From contig JAKYXN010000032.1 in assembly GCA_022538095.1 (NCBI GenBank), positions 1 through 62,457 on the forward strand: a stretch of DNA of 62,457 bases, read 5' to 3'. This document shows positions 21,101 to 30,676 of the stretch, in pieces. This DNA comes from Puniceicoccaceae bacterium K14. Lineage in GTDB: Bacteria; Verrucomicrobiota; Verrucomicrobiia; Opitutales; Opitutaceae. How positions within the stretch are numbered: the first letter of the stretch is position 1; every line of letters begins with the position of its first letter. Both the position numbers and the translations under genes were made by a program. The notes beneath the pieces are model-generated. The model did not search any database. It was not told where the DNA came from and saw only the letters and a program-made list of their open reading frames with translations.

Positions 21101-21125
21101 AATTCGAAATTAAATTACTAATTAT
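21101..21125. promoter_or_regulatory. 25-bp perfect palindrome (12-1-12) in the divergent CheX-like/HDOD intergenic region
   Basis: taaattactaat-t-attagtaattta. A 10-bp palindrome tcgaattcga lies adjacent at 21088-21097. Candidate operator. Confidence 0.4.
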
Positions 21126-21324
21126 TAGTAATTTAGGCTGAAGCACCCACCCCTACTTATCGCTACGTATTCATTAAGGCGAGAGCGATTTCAATAAGCT
21201 CGGCGCCTCATTTCAAATTGCGGAAATGGCTTAATTCATCCCGTTCACAACCGATATAAATATATACGACCAGGTCTCAGATCCTCTGACAGACTAGACT
21301 CTACCGACAATAATACCACTTCAC

Positions 21325-22194
21325 ATGTCAACCAACCAGACAACCCAGGAAGCACAGCACGCCAAAAGCGTGATAGCCGGTGCCCTTGAGCAAGGGCTAA
21401 ATTCATCGCAGCTTGAAATTCCCGTCATGCCACGCGTTGCCCAAAAGGTTTTCTCTCTGACAAACGACCCGAACGCTGATGTGGGTGACCTTTCCAAACT
21501 CATCCACGACGACCAATCAATCGCAAGTCATGTTTTGAGGATCGCCAATTCAGCTACCTACGGAGGGGGCGACCAAATAGTATCTCTGCAACAGGCCGTC
21601 GCACGCCTGGGAATGAACTTACTCGGAGAAATCGCAATCGCAGTCTCTATCCAAAGCGACGTTTTCAAAGCGCCAGGTTACGAAGCACAGGTGAATCGAT
21701 TGCTAAAACACGCGTTAGCCTCAGGAGCTTACGGAAAAGAAATTGCTAGAAAACGCAGACGAAATGTAGAAGGACAATTCCTGTGCGGGCTTCTCCATTC
21801 AATTGGCAAACCGATTTCACTACAACTCATCGGTCAAGCTGTCGCCGAACACGAAGTCAACTTGGAGCCCAAAGACGCAGCAACGATCGTCAGTGTACTC
21901 AGTCCTCAAATTGCTAAGCGTGTCGCCATAGATTGGAATCTCCCAAAGCAAATTCAGGTCACCACTCTTCACTACCGCACATACGATAAAGCTCCCTCTT
22001 TTAAAGATGAATCGGCAGCTACATATCTTTCCCAGCTTTTGGCTAATTGGATCATGAATCCAACCAAGATCGATGCGACCTCCATTCAGAAAGATCCTGT
22101 GTTCGAATACCTCAACTTCTATCCCGACGATGTTGAAGATCTACTCGACAAGCAAGAAGACGTAAAAGCCGTAGTAGCGGCCATGGAACTATGA
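21325..22194 (+). CDS. HDOD domain signalling protein
   Basis: LPVMPRVAQKVFSLTNDPNADVGDLSKLIHDDQSIASHVLRIANSATYG... is an HDOD pattern. Its stop overlaps the sthA start (ATGA). Confidence 0.8.
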   Translation: MSTNQTTQEAQHAKSVIAGALEQGLNSSQLEIPVMPRVAQKVFSLTNDPNADVGDLSKLIHDDQSIASHVLRIANSATYGGGDQIVSLQQAVARLGMNLLGEIAIAVSIQSDVFKAPGYEAQVNRLLKHALASGAYGKEIARKRRRNVEGQFLCGLLHSIGKPISLQLIGQAVAEHEVNLEPKDAATIVSVLSPQIAKRVAIDWNLPKQIQVTTLHYRTYDKAPSFKDESAATYLSQLLANWIMNPTKIDATSIQKDPVFEYLNFYPDDVEDLLDKQEDVKAVVAAMEL

Positions 22195-23648
22195 ATATCG
22201 AAGAAGAATTTGATCTAATCGTCATCGGCTCCGGTCCCGGAGGCCAAAAGGCCGCCGTACAAGCTGTTAATGCAGGACTCAAAGTTGCAATCGTCGAGCG
22301 AGAAAAGAAAATTGGAGGCACCTGCGTGTTTCACGGCACGATCCCAAGTAAAACATTACGAGAAGCAGCCTTAACGATTTCGACCCTCAAGCGTAACGCT
22401 GACGTATTCGACTTTAAATTGAAAGACGACATGGAAGTATCCACTCTCATGAAACGTCTCGATTCTGTCCTGGCTTCTTACACAGATTTTATCGGCGAGT
22501 ACATTCGCGAAAACGGAATCTATCATTATCACGGGAGAGCTAAGATAGTAGACAAAAATACGGTTCAAATTTCCAATATCAAAGGTGGAAAAGCATACTA
22601 TAAGACAAATTTTATAGTCATCGCGACCGGTTCTCGCCCACGAACTCCCGACAGCATCGACGTTGACCACGAAAACATCTTAGATAGCGACTCAATATTA
22701 AGCATGATCTATCTCCCTCGATCGCTAACTGTAGTCGGAGGCGGTGTGATAGCAGCGGAGTATGCATCAATATTTTCCCTACTTGGAGTAAAGGTAACGA
22801 TGTTCGATAGAACACCACGTCCATTGATGTTCATGGATCCGGAACTCACGAACAAATTCCTTGATAATTTTTCCCGAAATGGAGGGACATACATCCCCAA
22901 CACTAGGCACAAGGAAATCAAATGGAACGGGGTCTCTCAGGTTAGAACAATTTTAGAGAGTGGCGAAGAGATAGTAAGCGACAAGATGCTCGTCGCCCAA
23001 GGTAGAGTAGCCAACACCGAAAACCTCGGATTGGATAAGCTAAATATCGAGCTAGGCCGTAACAACACAATCCCAGTTAACGATCATTACCAAACTGTAG
23101 TTCCTAATATTTATGCGATCGGAGATGTAATCGGGCCGCCGTCACTTGCATCCGTATCAATGGAGCAAGGACGCCGAGCAATCTCGAATGCACTCGGACA
23201 AAAATTTGAAAACGCAATTAATATGGTTCCAATTGGAATCTATGCAGTACCTGAGCTTGCCAGTATCGGGCTCTCCGAAGAGCAAGCTCGCAAGGAATAC
23301 GGAAACGATATCATAATCGGACGTGCTACTTTCGAAGAGGTAGCCAGAGGTCAAATCGCTGGCATTCAAGATGGCATGCTAAAGATGATTTCTGACCCAG
23401 ACGGAAAAAAAATTCTCGGCGTACACATCATCGCTGAAGGAGCGACTGACCTGATTCATGCGGGCGAACTGGCAATACTCAATGGAAACGAAGTAAGTGT
23501 GTTCCTAGAGAATATAATGAACTTCCCGACACTTGGCGAAGCCTATCGTATCGCCGGACTAAACATCATGAAGAAAAAAAATGATCGGGCTGCCAAGAAA
23601 CCAGAAAACCGCATTCAAAACCTGATTAGCGAAGCGGAGCTCAATTAA
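22191..23648 (+). CDS. sthA: Soluble pyridine nucleotide transhydrogenase (SthA-like flavoprotein disulfide reductase family)
   Basis: DLIVIGSGPGG...GGTCVFHGTIPSK has a single Cys where Lpd has CxxxxC, a SthA hallmark. NAD and dimerisation domains present. 485 aa. Confidence 0.75.
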   Translation: MNIEEEFDLIVIGSGPGGQKAAVQAVNAGLKVAIVEREKKIGGTCVFHGTIPSKTLREAALTISTLKRNADVFDFKLKDDMEVSTLMKRLDSVLASYTDFIGEYIRENGIYHYHGRAKIVDKNTVQISNIKGGKAYYKTNFIVIATGSRPRTPDSIDVDHENILDSDSILSMIYLPRSLTVVGGGVIAAEYASIFSLLGVKVTMFDRTPRPLMFMDPELTNKFLDNFSRNGGTYIPNTRHKEIKWNGVSQVRTILESGEEIVSDKMLVAQGRVANTENLGLDKLNIELGRNNTIPVNDHYQTVVPNIYAIGDVIGPPSLASVSMEQGRRAISNALGQKFENAINMVPIGIYAVPELASIGLSEEQARKEYGNDIIIGRATFEEVARGQIAGIQDGMLKMISDPDGKKILGVHIIAEGATDLIHAGELAILNGNEVSVFLENIMNFPTLGEAYRIAGLNIMKKKNDRAAKKPENRIQNLISEAELN

Positions 23649-23674
23649 GTAAAATACGCACTTTCTTCACTTTG

Positions 23675-23713
23675 AAGAAGTCAATTACCTCAGTTAGTTG
23701 ACTTCTTTGTCTT
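23675..23713 (+). terminator. Rho-independent terminator after sthA
   Basis: aagaagtcaa...ttgacttctt 10-bp stem followed by a T-rich tail. Confidence 0.65.
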
Positions 23714-23735
23714 TAGCTCCAAACACAATTCTTCC

Positions 23736-24026
23736 ATGGAGTTTAACGATATCAAAAAGCCTCGTGTTTCCATTGTCTACTGCAAGCAATGCCGCTGGCT
23801 TCTCAGGGCAGCGTGGCTTTGCCAAGAAATCCTCACTACATTCTCTGAAGAAATAGGAGAAGTAGCCTTACAACCTGGAACCGGAGGGGTTCTCGAAGTG
23901 CGTCTCAACGGAGAACTCATTTTTTCGAGAAAAGATGAAAGCCGATTTCCAGAAGCGAAGGAGATCAAGCAGCTCATCAGAGACAGAATCGCCCCAGAAA
24001 GAGACCTAGGACACAGCGATCGCTAG
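23736..24026 (+). CDS. SelT/SelW/Rdx family redox protein (CxxC form)
   Basis: ...PRVSIVYCKQCRWLLRAAWLCQEIL... matches the Rdx-family CxxC/CxxU motif context. ~96 aa. Confidence 0.55.
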   Translation: MEFNDIKKPRVSIVYCKQCRWLLRAAWLCQEILTTFSEEIGEVALQPGTGGVLEVRLNGELIFSRKDESRFPEAKEIKQLIRDRIAPERDLGHSDR

Positions 24027-24382
24027 CCAGATGCTAGTAATTCTTCCCAAACGTCCTCTTTAAAACCGACGCTACCACGATTGCCCCAGAGAACGAAGGG
24101 GCGTTTAATCAAGTTCCCGTTTGAAGACAAAAGTTCGATTGCCTCTGCCTTTGTCATCTCACTCATCTTGTCCTTAAGACCCAAAGAGCGGTAATCTTGT
24201 CCAGATACGTTGAAGACCTTTCTCAGCTCTCCCGAGTATTGGTCTATCATAAACGACAATTCATCCTTCGTTGGCGGTGTTTCACGTATAGGAACCTCGC
24301 TAACCACGACCTTCTTGGAATCAAACCACTTAGTTGCTTTTCTACAGCTCCCGCATCCTTGATATGAATACATTTTAATCAT
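24023..24382 (-). CDS. ArsC/Spx-family (YffB-like) thioredoxin-fold reductase
   Basis: MIKMYSYQGCGSCRKATKWFDSKKV... (ArsC-family N-terminus with Cys motif). ...LIKRPFV.... Start trimmed to the ATG at 24382. Confidence 0.65.
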   Translation of the reverse strand: MIKMYSYQGCGSCRKATKWFDSKKVVVSEVPIRETPPTKDELSFMIDQYSGELRKVFNVSGQDYRSLGLKDKMSEMTKAEAIELLSSNGNLIKRPFVLWGNRGSVGFKEDVWEELLASG

Positions 24383-24763
24383 TGTGCTCATAATTTCCTC
24401 ACTAAGGAAAAACAATCCGCTTCTGATGTCAATTACTACCTTAACTAGGTACTAGACACTTGATAAAACTAGCATCTCATCGCCATTTAAATACTCGTAT
24501 TCGCTAATTTATGACAATAAATCAAACAACCCCCTTTCATCAAACCATTTTCGAGCCAATTCTCATTCCCTTCTTCCAGTAAGGGAATCTTCTTAGAGGA
24601 TAGTCCATATGAACAATTATCAGAAGTAATTTGATCCGTTAAACCACTGATATTCAACTATATTAGTAGAATTTATTCTCGTCGCATCTTGACAACTACA
24701 CAATTAATTGGCGCCTTCATTTTCATTCTTCCGAGAAGGATGTAATAACGCTACCCATTAATT

Positions 24764-26032
24764 TTGCAACACCCTAGTATAGAAGTGGCAATCACACAAA
24801 AATCAGCGATAGGCAGTTCTCCAGGAAAATTAAATTTCCTCGGAGGGCTTGTAACTTTCGAAGGATCACACGCCTTACACGCGCAAACCGAATCAAAAAC
24901 AACTGTACTCGCCACAGTCAGTTCTTCAACTACTCTTGAGCTAAGCAACGCGCACAAAGGAAAATTTAGCACAGATATAGATTCCCTTTCCGAGCTTTGC
25001 CGTAGCCATGCGTCACCCGAAGCATTTCGAATGTGGCTAGAGCAAAAACAAGCTCCAGATTGGACTCATTTTTCAATCGGAGCTCTATACACGGTAAGTC
25101 AAAAGTTTCAGTGGTTTCCAGACAGTGGAATCTCCTTCGCAATATCAACCGATATTCCAATCGATATCGGATTTAACTACAGCGTATCTGTAGAGATTGC
25201 TACACTACGAGCCCTCGAGAAACTTTCCAGCAACTACTTCATGGAACAAGAGCTAGCAAAAGCTTCCCATGAAATTGAGCTAGAGCTTCTAGATCGGCCC
25301 TGCCCTATAGAAACTCCCCTTACCTGCGCCTACGGCAAACCTGGCTCGATTCTTCCACTAGAAGGAAAATATTCAAAAATTCGAACCGCGATCGATTTGC
25401 CCAAAGGCATAATTCTCGCAGCCTGCACTCTAAGCGCAGCCAATGAGGTGCAATTGAAGAAATTGTGCGTAGCAGCCGACATGGGCATGGCGATCTATGA
25501 GAAGTCGGCTAACCATGAGACCGAATACAATTCGAAAATTTCAACTTCTTTGTTCTCACGAACAATCGCCGAGTACCTTCCAGAAGAAATTTCCGGCTCC
25601 GACTTTAAAGATCGCTACGGCGAATTTCAACAGGCGCACATCAAGCTAGATCCTAATACAGTTTATCCAGTTAAGGCTGCTACTAAGTTCGCTATTCAAG
25701 AAAACGACCACAGTCGGCTTTCAATGCATATGCTATCAAATATGATTCATAATGCGAAACGAAAATCCATCGAGCTTGTAGGTGAACTTATGCTACAAAG
25801 CTATGAGCAGAGTAAAACATTAGGTTTCACCTCTGAGAGTACCGATAATGCCATCGAGATTTTGACTCAAATAGGTGCAAGCAAAGGAGTCTACGGAGCA
25901 CGTATCAATCACGGATTTGCCAAGAGCAGTCTCGTGATATTACTAGAGAGAAGTTCGCTAAAGATTGTAAGAAATTCCCTTAACCAAGGCAGTGAGCTTG
26001 ATGTCGGAGAGCCGGTATTGGTGATTCAATAG
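24764..26032 (+). CDS. GHMP-kinase-like protein with degenerate ATP-binding motifs
   Basis: SPGKLNFLGG...EGSHALHAQ resembles the galactokinase motif I (APGRVNLIGEHTDYNGG). The region where PxGSGLSSSAA is expected reads GFNYSVSVEIA. TTG start in the track, so the start is uncertain. Confidence 0.35.
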   Translation: MQHPSIEVAITQKSAIGSSPGKLNFLGGLVTFEGSHALHAQTESKTTVLATVSSSTTLELSNAHKGKFSTDIDSLSELCRSHASPEAFRMWLEQKQAPDWTHFSIGALYTVSQKFQWFPDSGISFAISTDIPIDIGFNYSVSVEIATLRALEKLSSNYFMEQELAKASHEIELELLDRPCPIETPLTCAYGKPGSILPLEGKYSKIRTAIDLPKGIILAACTLSAANEVQLKKLCVAADMGMAIYEKSANHETEYNSKISTSLFSRTIAEYLPEEISGSDFKDRYGEFQQAHIKLDPNTVYPVKAATKFAIQENDHSRLSMHMLSNMIHNAKRKSIELVGELMLQSYEQSKTLGFTSESTDNAIEILTQIGASKGVYGARINHGFAKSSLVILLERSSLKIVRNSLNQGSELDVGEPVLVIQ

Positions 26033-26689
26033 CTATTGGTCAGCCAAACTTTGCAGCCAACGGTTCCAAAACACCGGAGGATCAGCTTTCACCTCCAGAT
26101 TTCCATCACCATTTGGATGTGGAAATTGAATGCTTCGAGCATGCAAAGCCATTGAAGTCTCAGCTGGGTTAGAGTTGTACAAATCATCGCCCAAGATTGG
26201 GCGCCCCCCTTCCAAACAATGAAGACGTATTTGGTGTGTCCTTCCCGTCTTCGGCAAACACTGAAGCCACGTCAAACCGCCAAAGCGCTTTAGCACACGA
26301 AAAGTGGTTATAGACAGCTTCCCTTTTGCGGGCTCGACATTACCAAATTTTCCTTCTCCTAACGCTCCGATATAAGTTTCTATCTTATTCAAGCCACGGT
26401 CCCAATCCCCTTCTACAATAGCCCAATACTCCTTGCGAATTCGCTTATGCTGAAAAAGCTGAGAAACCTTTTTGTTAAACCGAGCGGTTTTACCCATAAG
26501 CAAACATCCGGAGGTACTTCGATCAATTCGATGATACGCGATCGCCCGTTTCCCCAAGTAAGAACTTACCTTATCCAACATCGAAGCCTCACCTCCACCA
26601 CTTGATTCACTTAACACGCCAGCTGGCTTGTTGACAACCATAAGGTCCGAATCTTCAAATAGGATTTCAATATCAGGCAAAGATGTCAT
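26033..26689 (-). CDS. RluA-family pseudouridine synthase
   Basis: ...LMVVNKPAGVLSE... and catalytic HRIDRSTSGCLLMGKT (HRLDxxTSG). The track start (GTG at 26743) may be over-extended; the ATG at 26689 is preferred. Confidence 0.8.
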   Translation of the reverse strand: MTSLPDIEILFEDSDLMVVNKPAGVLSESSGGGEASMLDKVSSYLGKRAIAYHRIDRSTSGCLLMGKTARFNKKVSQLFQHKRIRKEYWAIVEGDWDRGLNKIETYIGALGEGKFGNVEPAKGKLSITTFRVLKRFGGLTWLQCLPKTGRTHQIRLHCLEGGRPILGDDLYNSNPAETSMALHARSIQFPHPNGDGNLEVKADPPVFWNRWLQSLADQ

Positions 26690-26766
26690 CGATGAAAGAA
26701 TACAGTCAATATCAGCAATCAAGCTGAAAGAACCTTCGTACACTCTCTATAATTCAAAGACACACA

Positions 26767-27039
26767 ATGAAGAAAATCGAAATTTACTCAGCCGACACCT
26801 GCCCATACTGCCAACAAGCGAAGCAACTCCTTGACCGAGAAAACATCCCATATGATGAAATCAAAATTCAAATGGTTGGAGGCAGAAAAATCGAAGACGC
26901 TAATTTCAAGAAAATGAAACAACGCGCTCTCGGACAAACCACTGTTCCCCAAATCATCATCGACAACGAATATTACGGAGACGACGATACCCTAGTAGCA
27001 GACATTAAGAAAAATCGCTTCCACGAGCGGATACGATGA
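26767..27039 (+). CDS. grxC: Glutaredoxin (CPYC class)
   Basis: MKKIEIYSADTCPYCQQAKQLL... (CPYC active site). ...TVPQIIID.... 90 aa. Confidence 0.85.
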   Translation: MKKIEIYSADTCPYCQQAKQLLDRENIPYDEIKIQMVGGRKIEDANFKKMKQRALGQTTVPQIIIDNEYYGDDDTLVADIKKNRFHERIR

Positions 27040-27127
27040 GAGCCAGTACCAATTCCTCGATACGAATTTGCGCTCATTGAACGCTTGCGCATTAGTTACT
27101 CTGGGCATACTTTAACTGGAAGAAGCG

Positions 27128-27340
27128 ATGAATTCCAGAACCACCCGACAAATCATTGCAGAGAGCAACCCATCGCTCCTCACAATCGAAAAACACTTGT
27201 CTGAGCAAAAAGCGAAATTGAAGCAAATTCAATCAAGGCTAGGCACAGCAAACGAGCAGGCGGAAGACATGCAAAGAGCCAACGATCTCGCTCACGACGT
27301 GATTAACATAACACTAATGCGGAACCTTAAACTCGCCTGA
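27128..27340 (+). CDS. Hypothetical small protein (70 aa)
   Basis: ATG ORF in an otherwise empty intergenic stretch. No family; could be non-coding. Confidence 0.2.
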   Translation: MNSRTTRQIIAESNPSLLTIEKHLSEQKAKLKQIQSRLGTANEQAEDMQRANDLAHDVINITLMRNLKLA

Positions 27341-27530
27341 GAATCTAAGCTTAAGTTCACCTTCTCCCTCAAGTGTTCTGAAATAGTCCGATCAAATACT
27401 ATCACCCTCTTGTTAAGAGCATGTTACACTGAGTAATCCTTAGAAATAAATTTTGATAAACTTAAAACTTTGGCTGGATATTAAGCAAATCAGCAGGCAT
27501 TAACACTGCCCCTCTAATAATAACCTCCAC

Positions 27531-28268
27531 ATGAAACCACTCAATTCCAGTCATCTGCGCTCTTTTCACCCCCTTTTGGGAGTGGGAGAATTGATAGCGT
27601 TCGACTTGGAAACAACGGGACTCAGGTACAAGCAAGAGGAAATCACGCAAATCGCCGGCGTGAAAATGGGAGGTATGCGAATGGAACACCTCGAAGTCTT
27701 CGAAACCTACGTCAATCCAGGCAAACCTATCCCACCGGAAATCCAAGACCTGACCCAAGTACGCGACCACCACGTGCAGGATGCTCCGAAACCCTTCGAA
27801 GCGCTAAAGTCTTTTTCAAAGTTCGTGAGCAATCACGCTACCCTTTTCGGGCACGACATCTACCGGTTTGACTTCAATTTCATACGTAAAACGATGAAAG
27901 CGTCCAACGACCCCGGACGCTTAGTACGCTTTGTAGACACGATGGACGTCTTTGAAGTTCTCTGGCCAGACTTCTCGCGCTTGAGAAACACGCTAGATGA
28001 TATCGCAGAGCGCTTATCGGCAGGGTTGTCCTCGATTCGTCGCCACGATGCTAAAGGTGATGCAGTTTTGCTATCGCATATTTTCCAACGCATCCAAGAC
28101 CACCCAGACCTCGAACGTATCTGCTCTCGCGTTCCCGTACACGAGGATTACTTGCCCTCCATCTCAGCTTTGCCAGACGTAGAGACGAGCAACGCCAACC
28201 GAACTTCTTGGACCGCAAGCTTTTCGATAAGCGACAAGCCTGAGTCTGAGTCAATCGACGACATTTAA
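27531..28268 (+). CDS. DEDDh-type 3'-5' exonuclease domain protein (DnaQ-like)
   Basis: Exo I motif IAFDLETTGL. Downstream ...FGHDI.FD... and ...HDAKGD... correspond to the Exo II and Exo III motifs. Confidence 0.7.
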   Translation: MKPLNSSHLRSFHPLLGVGELIAFDLETTGLRYKQEEITQIAGVKMGGMRMEHLEVFETYVNPGKPIPPEIQDLTQVRDHHVQDAPKPFEALKSFSKFVSNHATLFGHDIYRFDFNFIRKTMKASNDPGRLVRFVDTMDVFEVLWPDFSRLRNTLDDIAERLSAGLSSIRRHDAKGDAVLLSHIFQRIQDHPDLERICSRVPVHEDYLPSISALPDVETSNANRTSWTASFSISDKPESESIDDI

Positions 28269-28308
28269 TCGTTGAGAGACTTGATTCCAACTGCCTGAAT
28301 CCACGCCT

Positions 28309-29031
28309 ATGAGTTCATCGGCCGAGATCCTTGCAGCAGCCCAGATTCTCCGGGACAAAGTCAACCGCCTCTCCTTTGACACTCCCGTTACGCATGTCTA
28401 CAACCCATTAAACTATGCTTGGGCCCCGCATAAGGAATACATCGAGCGATACGGTAATTCTCAAAAAGACGTCCTATTTCTAGGAATGAACCCAGGCCCT
28501 TGGGGCATGACTCAAACTGGAGTACCTTTTGGCGAAATCGACGCGGTAAAAAACTGGATGGGTATTCAAGCTCCAGTCGCGAGGCCGGAATCGGAACACC
28601 CCAAAAGGCCAGTTACCGGCTTCGACTGCGAAAAATCAGAGGTTTCCGGACGCAGGCTCTGGGGGCTCTTCAGAGAACAATTTACTTCGCCAGACGCGTT
28701 TTTCGAAAAGCATTACGTTGTTAGCTTTTGCCCGCTCGTGTTCTTAGAAGAGAGCTCTCGCAACAGAACACCCGACAAATTGCCCGTTTCAGAGTCAAAA
28801 CCTCTCTTCGAAGCCTGCATAAAACATCTTCAAGCTAACATTGAAGCGCTACGGCCCAAATGGTTGGTAGGCATTGGCGGCTTTGCTCAGAAAATGATCA
28901 AAGACACCTGCCCAGATTCATCTATCCAACAAGGAAAAATCCTTCATCCCTCTCCCGCTAGCCCAGCGGCCAACAAGGGTTGGTCAGAAGCCGCTATGAA
29001 GCAACTTAAGGAGCAAGGCATTTGGGCCTAG
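28309..29031 (+). CDS. SMUG1-family (family 3) uracil-DNA glycosylase
   Basis: LFLGMNPGPWGMTQTGVPFGEIDAV closely matches SMUG1 motif 1 (GMNPGPFGMAQTGVPFGEV). A C-terminal HPSP-type motif 2 is present. Confidence 0.65.
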   Translation: MSSSAEILAAAQILRDKVNRLSFDTPVTHVYNPLNYAWAPHKEYIERYGNSQKDVLFLGMNPGPWGMTQTGVPFGEIDAVKNWMGIQAPVARPESEHPKRPVTGFDCEKSEVSGRRLWGLFREQFTSPDAFFEKHYVVSFCPLVFLEESSRNRTPDKLPVSESKPLFEACIKHLQANIEALRPKWLVGIGGFAQKMIKDTCPDSSIQQGKILHPSPASPAANKGWSEAAMKQLKEQGIWA

Positions 29032-29043
29032 AAACGGCTAAGG

Positions 29044-29208
29044 CTACTTGCTCCAATCGATAGAGTCGAAATTACCTCTGAACTTATCCGAAAAAATATT
29101 TCTTGGAGCATCGCCCTTGCCGTTCTTTCCTGCAGAGGCAGCTGGTTTCTTTGATTCGGTTACCTTCTTTGTAGAAGTTTTGGATGCGTTTTTCTTATTT
29201 TCAGCCAT
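29044..29208 (-). CDS. Possible small Lys-rich basic protein (55 aa, not in the 60-aa ORF track)
   Basis: Manual translation gives MAENKKNASKTSTKKVTESKKPAASAGKNGKGDAPRNIFSDKFRGNFDSIDWSK. Convergent with the SMUG gene. No Shine-Dalgarno. Confidence 0.2.
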   Translation of the reverse strand: MAENKKNASKTSTKKVTESKKPAASAGKNGKGDAPRNIFSDKFRGNFDSIDWSK

Positions 29209-29394
29209 AGAGCAATATAGTTGTTCTAGCCTCTTAAAAAAATCTCCCCCAATTCATGTCAAATAAAATGAGTCCTTAACATCAGAGGGAAAATCGCCAC
29301 AACACACTCTTATTACCTAAAGACTTTTCCCTCAACTTGAAACCAAATCCCAAAGTTTCGCGTACTAACTTACTAAACCACAACAAAAAGTATC

Positions 29395-29901
29395 ATGAAC
29401 GCATTTATAAAGAATTTGAAAATTCTCTGTTTCATCATCGCTGGGACAAGCTCATTCCTAAAAGCAGATGTATCCATTGAATTCATCGACATAGAAAATT
29501 ACAGAGACATAGAGTCTGGCATAATCACCACAGACAATGAACGCGAAGTCATCATGGACGCGATAACAAAGACGTTCCAAAAGACAGCCAAAAAGTATTT
29601 ACCAGAAGGATACAACCTTTCTGTATCCATAAATGACATAGATTTAGCTGGCGACGTAGAATTAGCAGCTATGCGAGGAAGAGATTACCGAATCCTCACC
29701 GACATCTACCCTCCAAGAATAAAATTTCATTACGAAATCCGAGATAATAGTGATGCCATCGTGTTGGACTCAGACGCCTATCTGAAAGACTTGGCATACA
29801 TGACCTCCATCCCATTCATAATGAGAGATGAGCCCGCAATATTTGTTTCTCAGCTAGTCAAAAACTGGGGAAGGCGCACCCTACGCTCCCTAGAAGGCTA
29901 G
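29395..29901 (+). CDS. Secreted DUF3016-like protein
   Basis: Signal peptide (MNAFIKNLKILCFIIAGTSSFLKA). Size and acidic repeat character fit DUF3016. Weak assignment. Confidence 0.4.
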   Translation: MNAFIKNLKILCFIIAGTSSFLKADVSIEFIDIENYRDIESGIITTDNEREVIMDAITKTFQKTAKKYLPEGYNLSVSINDIDLAGDVELAAMRGRDYRILTDIYPPRIKFHYEIRDNSDAIVLDSDAYLKDLAYMTSIPFIMRDEPAIFVSQLVKNWGRRTLRSLEG

Positions 29902-30025
29902 CTACGGAGATGGATAAAACCCTAGGAAGCCTGTCGACCTCGTCGGCAGGTTTTTCCATTTTGCAAACCTTCGCATGCAGAAATCGCCACTAAGCGTTAT
30001 AGTACATAACACTCACTCGACAGCT

Positions 30026-30589
30026 ATGAAAAAACTCATCACTATTCTCGTTCTAGCCGCCACCCCATTTTTAGCTCACACGCTTATGTCAGAACAACCA
30101 AAAGTTAATTCCAGTGAAGAGCCACCTTGCGAAGACAACGCTTGCTCATTGCCGTCTGCGGATGGACTCGCCGAAGAGATATCCTCAAAAATCGACGCCA
30201 ACCGCAGTGAAGCAGAGTGGAAAAAAATCCTCACACCCGAACAATACCGCGTTCTCCGACAACATGGAACAGAACGGCCTTTTAAAAACGAATACTGGAA
30301 TAACAAAAAAGAAGGTGACTACCACTGCGCAGGTTGCGGCGCTTCACTCTTCGAAAGCTCAGCTAAATACAATTCTGGCACAGGGTGGCCAAGTTTCTAC
30401 GATGCAGCCGATATATCAAACATCGGCAAAACAGTAGACAAAAGCCATGGAATGGTTCGCACCGAAGTTCATTGTGCCAAATGCGGTGGACACTTAGGGC
30501 ATATTTTTCCGGACGGGCCCAAACCAACTGGACTTCGCTACTGCATCAATTCCGCATCTCTTAGGTTCGAGGAAAAAGGCGAGAATTAA
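30026..30589 (+). CDS. msrB: Peptide-methionine (R)-S-oxide reductase MsrB with N-terminal signal peptide
   Basis: SelR domain: ...[13 protein letters not shown]...GWPSF...[17 protein letters not shown]...RYCINS (two CxxC pairs). Signal peptide [17 protein letters not shown]. Start set to the ATG at 30026. Confidence 0.88.
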   Translation: MKKLITILVLAATPFLAHTLMSEQPKVNSSEEPPCEDNACSLPSADGLAEEISSKIDANRSEAEWKKILTPEQYRVLRQHGTERPFKNEYWNNKKEGDYHCAGCGASLFESSAKYNSGTGWPSFYDAADISNIGKTVDKSHGMVRTEVHCAKCGGHLGHIFPDGPKPTGLRYCINSASLRFEEKGEN

Positions 30590-30597
30590 AAATTTAG

Positions 30598-30629
30598 AGA
30601 CAAGCCCCCCCCCAAGCTTGTCTTTTTTT
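30598..30629 (+). terminator. Rho-independent terminator after msrB
   Basis: agacaagc-(C8AA loop)-gcttgtct followed by TTTTTTT. Confidence 0.7.
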
Positions 30630-30676
30630 ACTCACTTATCGCTGGACTCCGCAATGTCGAGCTCAAGAGTAGAGTC

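Noticed and set aside
30606-30615. C8 homopolymer (candidate phase-variation tract).
   Set aside because: It forms the loop of the msrB intrinsic terminator and is not within or upstream of a coding start.
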